Shown: positions 1 through 9,004, numbered from the stretch's first letter. The stretch is 64,000 nt of DNA from Myxococcales bacterium (GCA_043741435.1 JAYUBF010000272.1:3387-67386), one strand, 5' to 3'. Translations and numbers: made by a program. The notes: generated by a model not told the origin, from the sequence alone.

Positions 1-8
1 GAGCGACC

Positions 9-941
9 TCACGACTTCACCCGGATGCGGGGGTCGGCGAAACCGTACGCGAGATCGACGAGCAGATTCACCAGCACGTAGGAGATCGCGATGACCAGCG
101 TGCAGCCTTGTACCACGCGGTAGTTGCGCTCGCTGATCGCTTCGAGCAGGAGCGTACCGATGCCCGGCCGTGCGAAGACCTTCTCGGTCACCACGGCGCC
201 GGCGAGCAAGGAGCCGAACTGGATGCCAGCGACGGTGATCACCGGGACCAACGCGTTGCGCAGCGCGTGGCGTAACACCATGGCCGTGGCGCCGAGACCC
301 TTGCTGCGTGCCGTGCGCACATAGTCTTCGGAAAGCACGTCGAGGAGCGAGCTGCGGGTCATGCGCGCGAGCATGGCCATGAGGTGCGTGCCGAGCATGA
401 TCGCGGGGAGCAGCAGCGCCGCGACGCCCTCTGGCTCCGCGGGCCCCGGCAACCAGTGCAGCTGCACGTAGAAGATCGAGAGCAAGAGCGGACCCAGCCA
501 CATCGACGGCATCGAGATCCCGGCGAGCGAGACGGTGGTGGCCGTGGCGTCGAGCAGCGAGCCAGGGCGAATTGCCGCCACGATGCCGAGCGGCAAGGCG
601 AGCAGCAGCGCCACCACCATGGCAGCCGCGGCCAGCGCCATCGTCGATGGTAACGCTGCCCAGATCAGCGAGGCCACGGTGCGCGTGCGATCGGGGCAGG
701 TCTGGCCGAAGGTGCCGTCGGCCACGTTGCGCACGAAGCGACCGAACTGCACGAGCAAGGTCTGATCGAGATCCATGCACGCGCGCATCTGCGCGAGGTC
801 GGCTGGATCGGCGCGCTCCCCCAGCAAGTTCTCGACGGGATCACCCGGGATGAGGTGCACCAGCAGGAACACCAGCACCGTGACGCCGGCGATGGCAACC
901 AGACTCGAAAGCAACCTCCGGCGTAGGTAGGCCCCGGACAA
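9..941 (-). CDS. ABC transporter permease, DppB/OppB (peptide/nickel) family
   Basis: 310-aa ORF with N-terminal '[19 protein letters not shown]' and '[13 protein letters not shown]' signatures of binding-protein-dependent transport permeases. Several hydrophobic segments and G/C-rich third positions. Confidence 0.85.
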   Translation of the reverse strand: MSGAYLRRRLLSSLVAIAGVTVLVFLLVHLIPGDPVENLLGERADPADLAQMRACMDLDQTLLVQFGRFVRNVADGTFGQTCPDRTRTVASLIWAALPSTMALAAAAMVVALLLALPLGIVAAIRPGSLLDATATTVSLAGISMPSMWLGPLLLSIFYVQLHWLPGPAEPEGVAALLLPAIMLGTHLMAMLARMTRSSLLDVLSEDYVRTARSKGLGATAMVLRHALRNALVPVITVAGIQFGSLLAGAVVTEKVFARPGIGTLLLEAISERNYRVVQGCTLVIAISYVLVNLLVDLAYGFADPRIRVKS

Positions 942-947
942 CGTTGC

Positions 948-1478
948 TTACGTGGTCTGGCCGGACGAGACGCAGAACTTCACCGATTCGCCGACGGGGC
1001 GATCGAGCGCCGGCACGGGCTCGGCGCCGAGGGTGCCGGTGGTGCGGCACGTGTAACCATTGCGGCAATCGCTGCTGTCGGTGCATCGCTTCATGCACCA
1101 GCGACGCTCGGAGTTTTCCGAAGCGCAATGCGCGGTGCCGCAGCTGACGAGGTTGGTGGAGCTGTCGCACACGCAGCGCTCGTCGGCCCGACAATCCGAG
1201 CGAGGAGAGTCCGGATTGAACTTGCACGCTTCATCGCGCAAAGGCGTGTAGAAGCGGATGCACGCGGCCTCGTCGGGACACGAATCGATGTCGCAGCCAT
1301 CGATGCTGCAATAGCCCTCGATCGGAGCGGTATCGCAGAAGCGGTCCCCCGAGATGCTGCAGTCGACGTTGGTGGTGCAGGCGTCGCCGATCTTCTTGCT
1401 GCACCCGGTCCCGAGGGCGCAGGCGAGCCCGAAAGACACGAACGCAATCAATCCACGGAGACGAGCGCCAGACGGCAT
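948..1478 (-). CDS. Cysteine-rich secreted lipoprotein (myxobacterial disulfide-rich type)
   Basis: Internal Met 'MPSGARLRGLIAFVSFGLACALGTGCS' gives a signal peptide plus lipobox. About 20 Cys occur in CxxDxxC-like spacing. It lies 5 nt downstream of the S8 protease gene and 6 nt upstream of the permease gene. The start is chosen by signal-peptide logic; the ORF opens at 1526. Confidence 0.6.
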   Translation of the reverse strand: MPSGARLRGLIAFVSFGLACALGTGCSKKIGDACTTNVDCSISGDRFCDTAPIEGYCSIDGCDIDSCPDEAACIRFYTPLRDEACKFNPDSPRSDCRADERCVCDSSTNLVSCGTAHCASENSERRWCMKRCTDSSDCRNGYTCRTTGTLGAEPVPALDRPVGESVKFCVSSGQTT

Positions 1479-1483
1479 GAGGG

Positions 1484-3838
1484 CTACCGTATAGCGCGAA
1501 AGCTCCGGCGCGTCAGCATCAACCACAGCGCCAGTCCGACGACGGCAGGCCAGGGAAATAGGTTCGCGCCAGGCGTGGCGCCGAGGTCACACGCGCCGCC
1601 GGGCCGCAGCGCGCCGCCGATCTCGTTGCGGCCGACCACGAAGAACACGCGAGACTGCTGGGCGAGCGTCACGCCGTCGACGACGACGGTGCCGATGCCG
1701 GTCTGGCCGCGGGGTGCGTGAGCCACGAACGAACGCTCGTAGCGACCGCTGCCGATGTCGACGACCTCACCGAGCGGGGCGCCGGCCGAAAGTGTGATCG
1801 CCACGCGGTGACCGGGGCCGAGCGGAAGACCGCTGGCGTCGCGCGGCGTCACGGTGACGGTGGTGGTCTCGTCGCTGTCGGGGGGCAGCTGATCGCGCGA
1901 TACGCCCACAGGTGACGTATGGGCATCGACGAGCACACCGTGCTGCCCGCGCAAGTAGCTCACCGCGGCGCGTGCGTCGACACGACCGAAGCCGACGCGC
2001 GGCGACCACCCAGCGGTACCCGGCACCGGCCTGGCGGTCGCTCGCAAGACCTCGCGGACGGCCTCACTGGTGAGGGAGGGATCGGCCTCGAAGAGGAGCG
2101 CGATGACGCCGGCGACGATGGGCGAGGCCTGCGACGTGCCACGCAACGCGCCGTGCAGACCGTCATCGCCCCACAGGAAGAGCGGCGCGCTGGAATTCGT
2201 GTGGAACACCGAGGTGTCGACCGTGGGCGGCGCGTCGCGCGACATCGCACCGAGAATGAACTCGCCGGGCGCTGCCACGTCGGGGGCGAACCTACCGTCG
2301 CTGGTGGGGCCCATACCGGAGAAGCGCGACGCGTTGCCGAGGAACGTCGGATCCGACCCGGGCACCACGAACGGGAGGGCGTCGAACGTGATCCAGTCGA
2401 AGCGCGACGACACCGAGCCCACCGAGATGGCGCCACGCGACGTGGCCGGCACCGTCAGGTTGTCGTCGGTGACCACGTGATCGGAAAAGCGGAACAGACC
2501 CGACAGCGGCGAGCTCTCGAGCCACAGGTCGTAGCGAATCGCAGGGCCACGCACCCAGATCTTCCAATCACCGGCGATGGGGCGCGAGGCCGACAGCCCT
2601 TCGAGAACGATCGCACCATCGACGAGACCACTCGGTAGGGTGGTGCCACCGTTCTCGACGAGCACGCGGCCTTCGCCGTCGTACATGATGTCGAGACCCT
2701 TGCCGCGCTCGATCCACGAGCTGCGGCGGCCACGCGGGGATTCGATCGCGATCGCGAGGTCGCCGCGATACCAGAGATCGACCGGGACACTGCCGTCCTG
2801 GCTGGCCTCGTCGAGGTGCAGGGTGACGGCCTGCTCGTCACCGAGCTGCCAACCTCCCGCGTGCAGATCTTGAAAGCCCAGGTTGCCGGCGGCCACAGTG
2901 AGCGCGAGCCCGGGCTGGTCGCGCGGGAACAACTCGTCGAGCGCCCGCTCGAGATTGGTGCTGCCGTCGTGTGGCCCGCCCGTGCCGCCGAGCGAGATGT
3001 TCACCACGAGGGGACGCGCGAGCGCTGTCTTCTCGGCGAGCATGAAGCGGCACGCATCGAGGACGTCGACGTCGGTGAAGCTGCCGGTGGCCGAGCTGGT
3101 CTGCGCGATGAGGAGGCCCGCCTCGGGTGCGACGCCGACGTAGCGGCCCCCGGGGAAGCCCTTGCCGGTAGCCAGCCCGTTGCTGGCGGCGAGGGAGGCC
3201 ACGTGCGTGCCATGCCCGTCCACGTCGGCCTCGCGGATCGCGATCGGCGGCGTGGTGCCGGCAGCCTCGGCAGCGAGCAGCGCGTCGATCTCGTCCTTAT
3301 GCCACAGGGCACCGCCGAACGATCCCAGCTCGGCGTGGCGACCATCGACCGGCGTACGGTGATCGAGCAACGCTTCCACGCGGCTCGACCCGTCGAGGTT
3401 GCGCAGGTCGGCGTGGCGAAAGTCGATACCGGTGTCCACGACGCCGACCAGTGTGCCGCGGCCCGAGAGTCCCGTCTCTTGGCGCACGGCCGGCGCGCCG
3501 ATCGCCGCGGTCGCGCGATCGAGCTGGGGCCGCAGCGTCCGAGGCTCTTCGATTTGCGCATCGGTGACGTTGAGGGCGAGCCAGGCGAGCGCCGCTGCGT
3601 CGAGCTCGACGGTGGCGACGCCGCCCGAGAGCGTGCGCGCCGAAAACCCCAGGCTCTGCAGTCGCGCCGCACCACCGGGGAGCCGCACCGTGACCGGGGT
3701 GTGCGGTTGCGAGCGCGCGCGCATCATGCCGCGCGCCACCATCCGCAGACGGGGCGACAGCTGCGCCTCCGCTGGCGCGCCAGCCACCGTCATGAAGGCG
3801 ATGCCGAACAACGCGATCGAAAGCCGCACAGCATGCAC
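1484..3838 (-). CDS. Secreted subtilisin-like serine protease (peptidase S8) with MYXO-CTERM-like C-terminal tail
   Basis: Catalytic triad motifs 'VGVVDTGID', 'HGTHVASLAAS' and 'GTSQASPIVAGVIALL'. N-terminal signal peptide 'MHAVRLSIALFGIAFMTVAGAPAEA'. The C-terminus 'GGACDLGA...WPAVVGLALWLMLTRRSFRAIR' has a Cys, a hydrophobic helix and a basic end. Confidence 0.9.
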   Translation of the reverse strand: MHAVRLSIALFGIAFMTVAGAPAEAQLSPRLRMVARGMMRARSQPHTPVTVRLPGGAARLQSLGFSARTLSGGVATVELDAAALAWLALNVTDAQIEEPRTLRPQLDRATAAIGAPAVRQETGLSGRGTLVGVVDTGIDFRHADLRNLDGSSRVEALLDHRTPVDGRHAELGSFGGALWHKDEIDALLAAEAAGTTPPIAIREADVDGHGTHVASLAASNGLATGKGFPGGRYVGVAPEAGLLIAQTSSATGSFTDVDVLDACRFMLAEKTALARPLVVNISLGGTGGPHDGSTNLERALDELFPRDQPGLALTVAAGNLGFQDLHAGGWQLGDEQAVTLHLDEASQDGSVPVDLWYRGDLAIAIESPRGRRSSWIERGKGLDIMYDGEGRVLVENGGTTLPSGLVDGAIVLEGLSASRPIAGDWKIWVRGPAIRYDLWLESSPLSGLFRFSDHVVTDDNLTVPATSRGAISVGSVSSRFDWITFDALPFVVPGSDPTFLGNASRFSGMGPTSDGRFAPDVAAPGEFILGAMSRDAPPTVDTSVFHTNSSAPLFLWGDDGLHGALRGTSQASPIVAGVIALLFEADPSLTSEAVREVLRATARPVPGTAGWSPRVGFGRVDARAAVSYLRGQHGVLVDAHTSPVGVSRDQLPPDSDETTTVTVTPRDASGLPLGPGHRVAITLSAGAPLGEVVDIGSGRYERSFVAHAPRGQTGIGTVVVDGVTLAQQSRVFFVVGRNEIGGALRPGGACDLGATPGANLFPWPAVVGLALWLMLTRRSFRAIR

Positions 3839-3883
3839 TATAGCTTGTACGATGCACGCTCCGCGGGGAGAGTGAGCGCCATC

Positions 3884-5281
3884 ATGCGAACGCTTCGGTT
3901 ACTGCTGACGATTACCGCCGTGGGAACTTCCGTGTTCGGAGCGCCGGCGCTGGCGGCACCCCCTTCCGATGTGACGGCGATCGTCGAGCAAGCCGTCGCG
4001 TCGCATGGGGCGTATCGAAGCGCGGTGAGCATCGCCGACGAGGTGGGCGCGCGTCTCGCGGGATCCACCGCCGCGGTCCGGGCAGTGGCCTGGGCAGAGC
4101 GCGAGATGAGGGGCGCTGGCCTCGACAACGTGCACACCGAAGAGGTGGTCGTGGAGTCGTGGAGCCGAGGCAGCGACGATCGCGTGGTGTTGGAGTCGCC
4201 GTATCCGCGCGTGTTGCGCTCGCTGGCGCTGGGCCGGAGCCCGGGCACTCCGAAGGGCGGCATCACGACCGAGGTCGTGGAGGTGGACTCGTTCGAGGCC
4301 CTCGCCAAGCTCGGTGACAAGGCGCGTGGGAAGATCGTCTTTTTCAACCACGCGATGGCCCGCAGCAAAGGCTTCGATCAGTACGGTCGCTTCGGCACGC
4401 TGCGCTTTCGCGGGGCGATCGAAGCGAGCAAGGCCGGCGCCGTCGCTGCGTTGGTGCGCTCGGTGGGCACGGGCTCACACCGACTGCCCCATACGGGCGC
4501 AGCGGGTTACGACGCGAAGGTCGCGGCGATCCCGTTTGCGGCCCTCGCGGCCGAGGATGCCGAGTTGTTGCATCGCGCGCTGGTGCGCGGCCCGGCGAAG
4601 GTCACCATGCGCCTCGGCAGCGGCATGCGCGGCCCGGTGAAGTCGGCGAACGTGTTGGGCGAGATTCGGGGACGGGAAAAGCCCGACGAGATCGTCGTCA
4701 TCGGCGCGCACCTCGACTCGTGGGACGTGGGCGATGGTGCGCTCGACGACGGCGCCGGCGTGGGCATCGTGCTCGAGGCGGCGCGTCGCGTGAAGGCGAT
4801 GGGTGGCGCTCGTCGCACCGTGCGGGTGGTGTTGTTCATGAACGAGGAGTACGGGCTCGCGGGCGCCAAAGCCTATGCACGAGCCCATGCCGCCGAGGCG
4901 GCGCACCACGTCGCAGCGCTCGAGGCGGACGCGGGTGGCGGATCCCCGCTCGGATTCTCCACCACCGGTGGAGCGGCGGGGAAGGCCATGATCGAAAAGC
5001 TGGCCAAGCCGCTCTCGAAGTACGGCGTGTCCGAAGTCGAGATCACCGAAGAGACCGGCGCCGACCTCTCTCCGTTGCAAGCGCTCGGCGTGCCGACGGT
5101 CGCGGTGAAGCAAGATGCCAGCGACTACTTCGAGTGGCACCACACCGACGGAGATACCGCGGACAAGCTGGTGGAGAGTCAGATCGACCTGGCCGCCGGC
5201 GTGTTCAGCGCGATGGCGGCCTCCCTCGCCAACAGCATCGAGACGCTGCCGCGTCTGGCACCCGCGAAGCTGCCGTTCTAG
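3884..5281 (+). CDS. Secreted M28-family aminopeptidase
   Basis: Start at Met357 of the 821-aa track ORF ('MRTLRLLLTITAVGTSVFGAPALA' signal peptide); the upstream part is antisense to the S8 gene. Zn-ligand motifs are 'GAHLDSWDVGDGALDDGAG', 'FMNEEYGLAGAKAY' and 'EWHHTDGDT'. Confidence 0.85.
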   Translation: MRTLRLLLTITAVGTSVFGAPALAAPPSDVTAIVEQAVASHGAYRSAVSIADEVGARLAGSTAAVRAVAWAEREMRGAGLDNVHTEEVVVESWSRGSDDRVVLESPYPRVLRSLALGRSPGTPKGGITTEVVEVDSFEALAKLGDKARGKIVFFNHAMARSKGFDQYGRFGTLRFRGAIEASKAGAVAALVRSVGTGSHRLPHTGAAGYDAKVAAIPFAALAAEDAELLHRALVRGPAKVTMRLGSGMRGPVKSANVLGEIRGREKPDEIVVIGAHLDSWDVGDGALDDGAGVGIVLEAARRVKAMGGARRTVRVVLFMNEEYGLAGAKAYARAHAAEAAHHVAALEADAGGGSPLGFSTTGGAAGKAMIEKLAKPLSKYGVSEVEITEETGADLSPLQALGVPTVAVKQDASDYFEWHHTDGDTADKLVESQIDLAAGVFSAMAASLANSIETLPRLAPAKLPF

Positions 5282-5341
5282 CGCTTTTTGAAACGCCGCT
5301 TCAGCGCTTTTTGAAACGCCGCTTTAGCGCTTTTTGAAACG
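5279..5341. repeat. 23-bp tandem repeat, 2.7 copies (unit NAGCGCTTTTTGAAACGCCGCTT)
   Basis: Direct reading gives copies at 5279-5301, 5302-5324 and 5325-5341. The repeat lies between the convergent M28 and PilZ genes. On the minus strand each copy encodes R-F-K-K-R plus a stop. Confidence 0.9.
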
Positions 5342-5674
5342 ATCGATGAAGGCTGTGACGCAGTTGCGCGAGTCGTCGTCCTCGTCGAGAAAACGCGCGC
5401 CGAAGCCGACACCGGGCTCGACGTGCATCACGATGGCGACGGTGCGCAAAGCGGCGGCCGAGCGCATGGACCCGACGAACAGCTGAACCTCGTCCCCGAT
5501 CTTCACCTCGGCGAGCGACTCCACGAAGATGCCGGACCTCGACAGGTTGCGCGAGGTGCCGAGCACCGTGCGCACCCCTGCCGGGTGACTCTCGACGATG
5601 AGCGTCTCCGTGCGCACCAGCTCGCGTTCGAACTCGCGCCTGGCGGCACCCTCCGGCTGATCAGGCTCGCTCAT
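5324..5674 (-). CDS. PilZ-domain protein (putative c-di-GMP receptor)
   Basis: PilZ motifs 'RREFER' (RxxxR) and 'NLSRSGIFV' (D/NxSxxG). Start is taken at Met29 'MSEPDQ' of the 144-aa ORF. The last 5 codons lie in the third copy of the tandem repeat. Confidence 0.7.
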   Translation of the reverse strand: MSEPDQPEGAARREFERELVRTETLIVESHPAGVRTVLGTSRNLSRSGIFVESLAEVKIGDEVQLFVGSMRSAAALRTVAIVMHVEPGVGFGARFLDEDDDSRNCVTAFIDRFKKR

Positions 5675-5779
5675 GGGACCCCATCGACCAAGTGTACAGG
5701 GTGGTGTGGGCCTATGAAAGATCGTCGCCTTGCGCCCCACCGTGGCGGGATGCCGCAAGGCGATGATCAGGTGCTGTGG

Positions 5780-6082
5780 TCAGGACTGGCCGCGCATCGC
5801 CGACGGTCGACCTTCGACCTCCGCATCGGGCGGGTTCGACTCGTCGGTGTCGTACGCGATCTCCTGCGCCGAGGTCGAGCGGACGAACGGTCCTCCGATT
5901 TCCTCGCTAAGCTCCTGGTTTCGGACCTCTTCCGACTCGTCCTGGCCGCTCGTTGCTGCGCGCAGGAAGTCCTCGGTCATCTCGTCGCCGGCGTCGCCGC
6001 AGCTCTTGATCGGGCCACCATCGGGATCGGGAAGAAATGCGTTTGCGTCATCCTTGCGGGGACCGTTGCGGTGATGTGCCAT
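5780..6082 (-). CDS. Small highly acidic hypothetical protein (100 aa)
   Basis: These are the last 100 codons of a 389-aa shadow ORF. The ATG is preceded by GAAGGAG 7 nt upstream. The protein is D/E-rich ('DEMTEDFLRAATSGQDESEEV', 'DTDESNPPDAEVE'). I recognise no motif. Confidence 0.6.
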   Translation of the reverse strand: MAHHRNGPRKDDANAFLPDPDGGPIKSCGDAGDEMTEDFLRAATSGQDESEEVRNQELSEEIGGPFVRSTSAQEIAYDTDESNPPDAEVEGRPSAMRGQS

Positions 6083-6244
6083 GGTGTTGCTCCTTCGGTT
6101 GCACCGAGGACCTGCGAAATACGGGCCGCAATCGAGCCTGTCCGGCAATCGGCTGCCGATGTCCGCGATGCGGACGATTCCTCGGAAAAATCGAGTGCTC
6201 CCGTCGCTGACCACTTTGGCCATCGGCTTGCAACATGGTGTGGC

Positions 6245-6865
6245 ATGCCCGCGCCCGTCGCACTGTCCGCTCGCCTCGCGCAGCTGGGGGACGAATCGCT
6301 GTCGGACACCGAGCTCTTGGCCGTGGCCTGTGGCGTCCGGGTTGCCGACGCGGAGCGCTTTCTCGCGGGGGATGTGCCCTCTGGTGAGGGGCGCGCCACG
6401 CTGCGATGGCTTGCTCTGCAATCCTTTCAGCGACGATGCGCACGCACGGTTGCCCCGCGGTTGCCCGTGCTCGCGGCGGCGTCTGCCGTCGCCGCGTTCT
6501 TGCGCCCGGATCTGGCAATTGCCGAGGTGGAGGAGCTCCACGTGCTGGCACTCGACTCGCGCAACCGCTTGTTGCGGCGCGTGGTGGTGGCGCGTGGCGG
6601 GGTGAATCAGGTGAGCGTGACGGCGCGCGAGGTGTTTCGCCCGCTGCTGTCTGCGGGCGCGGCGCGGGCGATCGTGGCGCACAACCACCCGAGCGGTTGC
6701 GCGTCGCCGAGCGCGGAGGATCGCTTGCTCACGCAGCGCTTGGCGGTGGCGGGAGAGCTGCTCGGCATCCCCATCGTCGATCACCTGATAGTCGCCGGCA
6801 GTGGGTACTACAGCTTCGCAGAGCACGCTCCCGGGCCGGGCGCCGGCGCGTTCGTGCCCGGCTGA
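6245..6865 (+). CDS. radC: RadC-like JAMM-motif protein (UPF0758)
   Basis: The C-terminal 'IVAHNHPSGCASPSAEDRLLTQRL' (HxHPSG...S..D JAMM motif) and N-terminal 'LSDTELLAVA' are typical of RadC. Start is at Met275 of the 480-aa track ORF. Confidence 0.85.
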   Translation: MPAPVALSARLAQLGDESLSDTELLAVACGVRVADAERFLAGDVPSGEGRATLRWLALQSFQRRCARTVAPRLPVLAAASAVAAFLRPDLAIAEVEELHVLALDSRNRLLRRVVVARGGVNQVSVTAREVFRPLLSAGAARAIVAHNHPSGCASPSAEDRLLTQRLAVAGELLGIPIVDHLIVAGSGYYSFAEHAPGPGAGAFVPG

Positions 6866-6880
6866 GCAGACACCTAATTC

Positions 6881-7939
6881 ATGCAAGGAATGTTGGACAC
6901 GCGATCGGCATTGGCTAGGATGGCCGACAGTCTCCACGTGCGTGCTCATCTCATCAAGTCTGTCGTGTCCCGAACCGGCCTCGTCGCGATCGTTGCGCTC
7001 GTCTGCCTAGGCGGTGCGCGCCGTGCCGACGCGCAAGCAGACTACGTGGGCACGCGCGCGCTCGGCATGGGTGAAGCGTTGCGCGCCAACGCGGCAGGTG
7101 CTGCCGGGCCACTGCTCAACCCGGCCGGTATGTCGCTCTCGCGCGGCTACGTCATCGAGGCGGCGTATGGGTTCCGAGTCGAGGATCTCGGCCACCACGC
7201 GTTCGTTTCCATCGTGGACTCGGTGACCTCGCGCGTCGCGGCGGGCCTCTTTTACGAGTACATCCATTCCAATTCCAAGCTCGGCTTCAACTGGGCGGGG
7301 GGTCGCGTCAACGAGGCGAAGCTCACGCGTGAGGGCCATGCCGCCGGTCTCTCGCTGTCGATGGCGCTCGGTGAGCGCTTCCTGCTCGGCGCCACCATCA
7401 AGTACCTGCACTTCGACACCACCGGGCCGCTTCCCGAAGGCACCGTACCCGCCAAGATCAGCCTCGACTCCGTGAACGGGGTCACCTTCGATGTGGGCCT
7501 GCTCGTGAAGCTCCACCCCAAGTTCAACATGGCCGCCATCGGCTACAACCTGTGGGATCACGGCAGCCGTGAGTCACCCGCATCGTTGGGCCTCGCGGCA
7601 TCGTTCATGCCCATCCCCAGCCTATCCATCAACTTCGATGCCGTCACCAACTTCACCGGCTATAAGACGCCGGTCTATGACCCGAGCAATCCCGCCATCG
7701 TGAAGAGCTACGACTTCCGCGCCACCGCGCGCCTCGGTCCTGGCCTCGAATGGCTGATCGCGCAGAAGGTTCCTCTGCGCGTCGGCTTCGTCTACGACAC
7801 CGGCCTTCGCGGCGCGTATGTCACCGCCGGCACCGGCTACTTCTCCCGCTCGTGGGCAATCGACCTCGGCTATCGCGCCAAGGTCTCGGGCGGCATCGAG
7901 AACTTCTTGATGGTCGGCCTCCGCGTCTTCATCAATTAG
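6881..7939 (+). CDS. Outer-membrane beta-barrel protein (PorV/TraF/FadL-like N-terminal signature)
   Basis: Signal peptide '...LVAIVALVCLGGARRADA', then 'TRALGMGEALRANAAGAAGPLLNPAGM', a motif common at the N-terminus of OM barrel families. An alternating hydrophobic pattern follows. An alternative start at 6920 (MADSLHV) fits a signal peptide better. Confidence 0.6.
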   Translation: MQGMLDTRSALARMADSLHVRAHLIKSVVSRTGLVAIVALVCLGGARRADAQADYVGTRALGMGEALRANAAGAAGPLLNPAGMSLSRGYVIEAAYGFRVEDLGHHAFVSIVDSVTSRVAAGLFYEYIHSNSKLGFNWAGGRVNEAKLTREGHAAGLSLSMALGERFLLGATIKYLHFDTTGPLPEGTVPAKISLDSVNGVTFDVGLLVKLHPKFNMAAIGYNLWDHGSRESPASLGLAASFMPIPSLSINFDAVTNFTGYKTPVYDPSNPAIVKSYDFRATARLGPGLEWLIAQKVPLRVGFVYDTGLRGAYVTAGTGYFSRSWAIDLGYRAKVSGGIENFLMVGLRVFIN

Positions 7940-7983
7940 GGGGAGGCCTTCCCGCCTCCCCTCATCGGGCGGAGCCCGATGAG
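7940..7983 (+). terminator. Two adjacent GC-rich hairpins after the OM-barrel gene
   Basis: GGGGAGGC-cttccc-GCCTCCCC (8-bp stem) is followed directly by CTCATCGGGC-gga-GCCCGATGAG (10-bp stem). There is no U-tract, so intrinsic-terminator function is uncertain. Confidence 0.35.
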
Positions 7984-8302
7984 CCTCCCCACCCCCGCGC
8001 GTTACGCGAGCGAATTGGTAGTCGTGTAGTCGTTCACCCGGGGGGGCAACCGACCCTGTGTCTACGGACTACAGTGCCGTCGTTGGTAGGCTCTCCGAAA
8101 CGAGCCCGAGCCTCAGCCCGAGTCCGAGCCCGATAGTTTGAGAACCATCGCGGTCAACATGGCGACGATACAAAGCAAGGCCGCTCTCCCGGGTGAGATT
8201 TCGTGTTCTTGCACCAGGGAGAGGATGCGACACGAATCCAGTATCGCTGCGCTTTCTGTCGCAGAGCGACGTTGATCACGTGCGCGACGACTTGGCTTTG
8301 TG

Positions 8303-8330
8303 GGAACCTTTGCGACCCGATGTGGTCCAA
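8303..8330 (+). promoter_or_regulatory. Candidate ECF-type (autoregulatory) promoter GGAACC-N16-GTCCAA
   Basis: It lies 49 nt upstream of the ECF sigma start and resembles the GGAAC-N16/17-GTC/TCnaA architecture of group IV sigma promoters. This is pattern match only. Confidence 0.35.
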
Positions 8331-8378
8331 CTGCGAGCCTGCAATCGCGTCTGACCCGAACATGGAGCTTCAGCCTCG

Positions 8379-8987
8379 TTGAGCAACGAAGGTCCACTTG
8401 CCGCGGTTCGAGAAGCGCTCCTCCTGCGCCGCTTGCGCGAGCGCGACGAACGAGCCTTTGAAGAGATCGTCGTGCTCTATCGCGACCGCGTCTTCGGACT
8501 GATCGTGCGCATGGTCGGCAATCGGGAAGAGGCCGAAGACCTGGCGCAGGAAGTGTTCATCACGGTCCTCAAGTCCATCGACACGTTTCGGGGTGAGTCG
8601 AAGTTCTCGACGTGGCTGTATCGCATTGCCGCGAACCATACCAAGAACCGGATGAAGTACTTGAGCCGTCGCGCGTACAAGTCGACCGGCGAGTTCGATG
8701 ACGCAGCCGAGCGCGCGGTGCAACGCGGCGAAGCACCGGGCACGACGAGGGCGACCACGCCCGAGGCGGCGATGGCGGGTGCACAGATCGAGCGCGTGGT
8801 GCAGGCAGCGATCGCGGAGCTGGACGAAGACCACCGTGAGCTCGTGGTGCTGCGCGACATGGAAGAGATGTCGTACGAGGAGATCGTGGCCATCACCGGC
8901 CTGAACGAGGGCACCGTGAAGTCGCGGCTGCACCGCGCTCGTACCGCGCTCAAGGACCTGGTGGCCAAGCGCATGGGGGAGCGTTAG
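8379..8987 (+). CDS. ECF (group IV) RNA polymerase sigma factor, RpoE-like
   Basis: Region 2 is 'EDLAQEVFITVLKSIDTFRGESKFSTWLYRIAANHTKNR'. Region 4 is 'LVVLRDMEEMSYEEIVAITGLNEGTVKSRLHRARTALKD'. The start codon is TTG. Confidence 0.9.
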   Translation: MSNEGPLAAVREALLLRRLRERDERAFEEIVVLYRDRVFGLIVRMVGNREEAEDLAQEVFITVLKSIDTFRGESKFSTWLYRIAANHTKNRMKYLSRRAYKSTGEFDDAAERAVQRGEAPGTTRATTPEAAMAGAQIERVVQAAIAELDEDHRELVVLRDMEEMSYEEIVAITGLNEGTVKSRLHRARTALKDLVAKRMGER

Positions 8988-9004
8988 CCTTGGAAAAAGC
9001 AGGC

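Noticed and set aside
2816-3883. N-terminal 356 codons of the 821-aa plus-strand ORF
   Set aside because: This part is antisense to the S8 protease gene. The real M28 gene starts at the signal-peptide Met at 3884.
5423-6244. Upstream 274 codons of the 480-aa ORF containing RadC (and the matching 389-aa minus ORF 5780-6949)
   Set aside because: Only the RadC part (from 6245) and the last 100 codons of the minus ORF (5780-6082, with a strong RBS) look like genes. The rest overlaps the PilZ gene or is Arg-rich nonsense.
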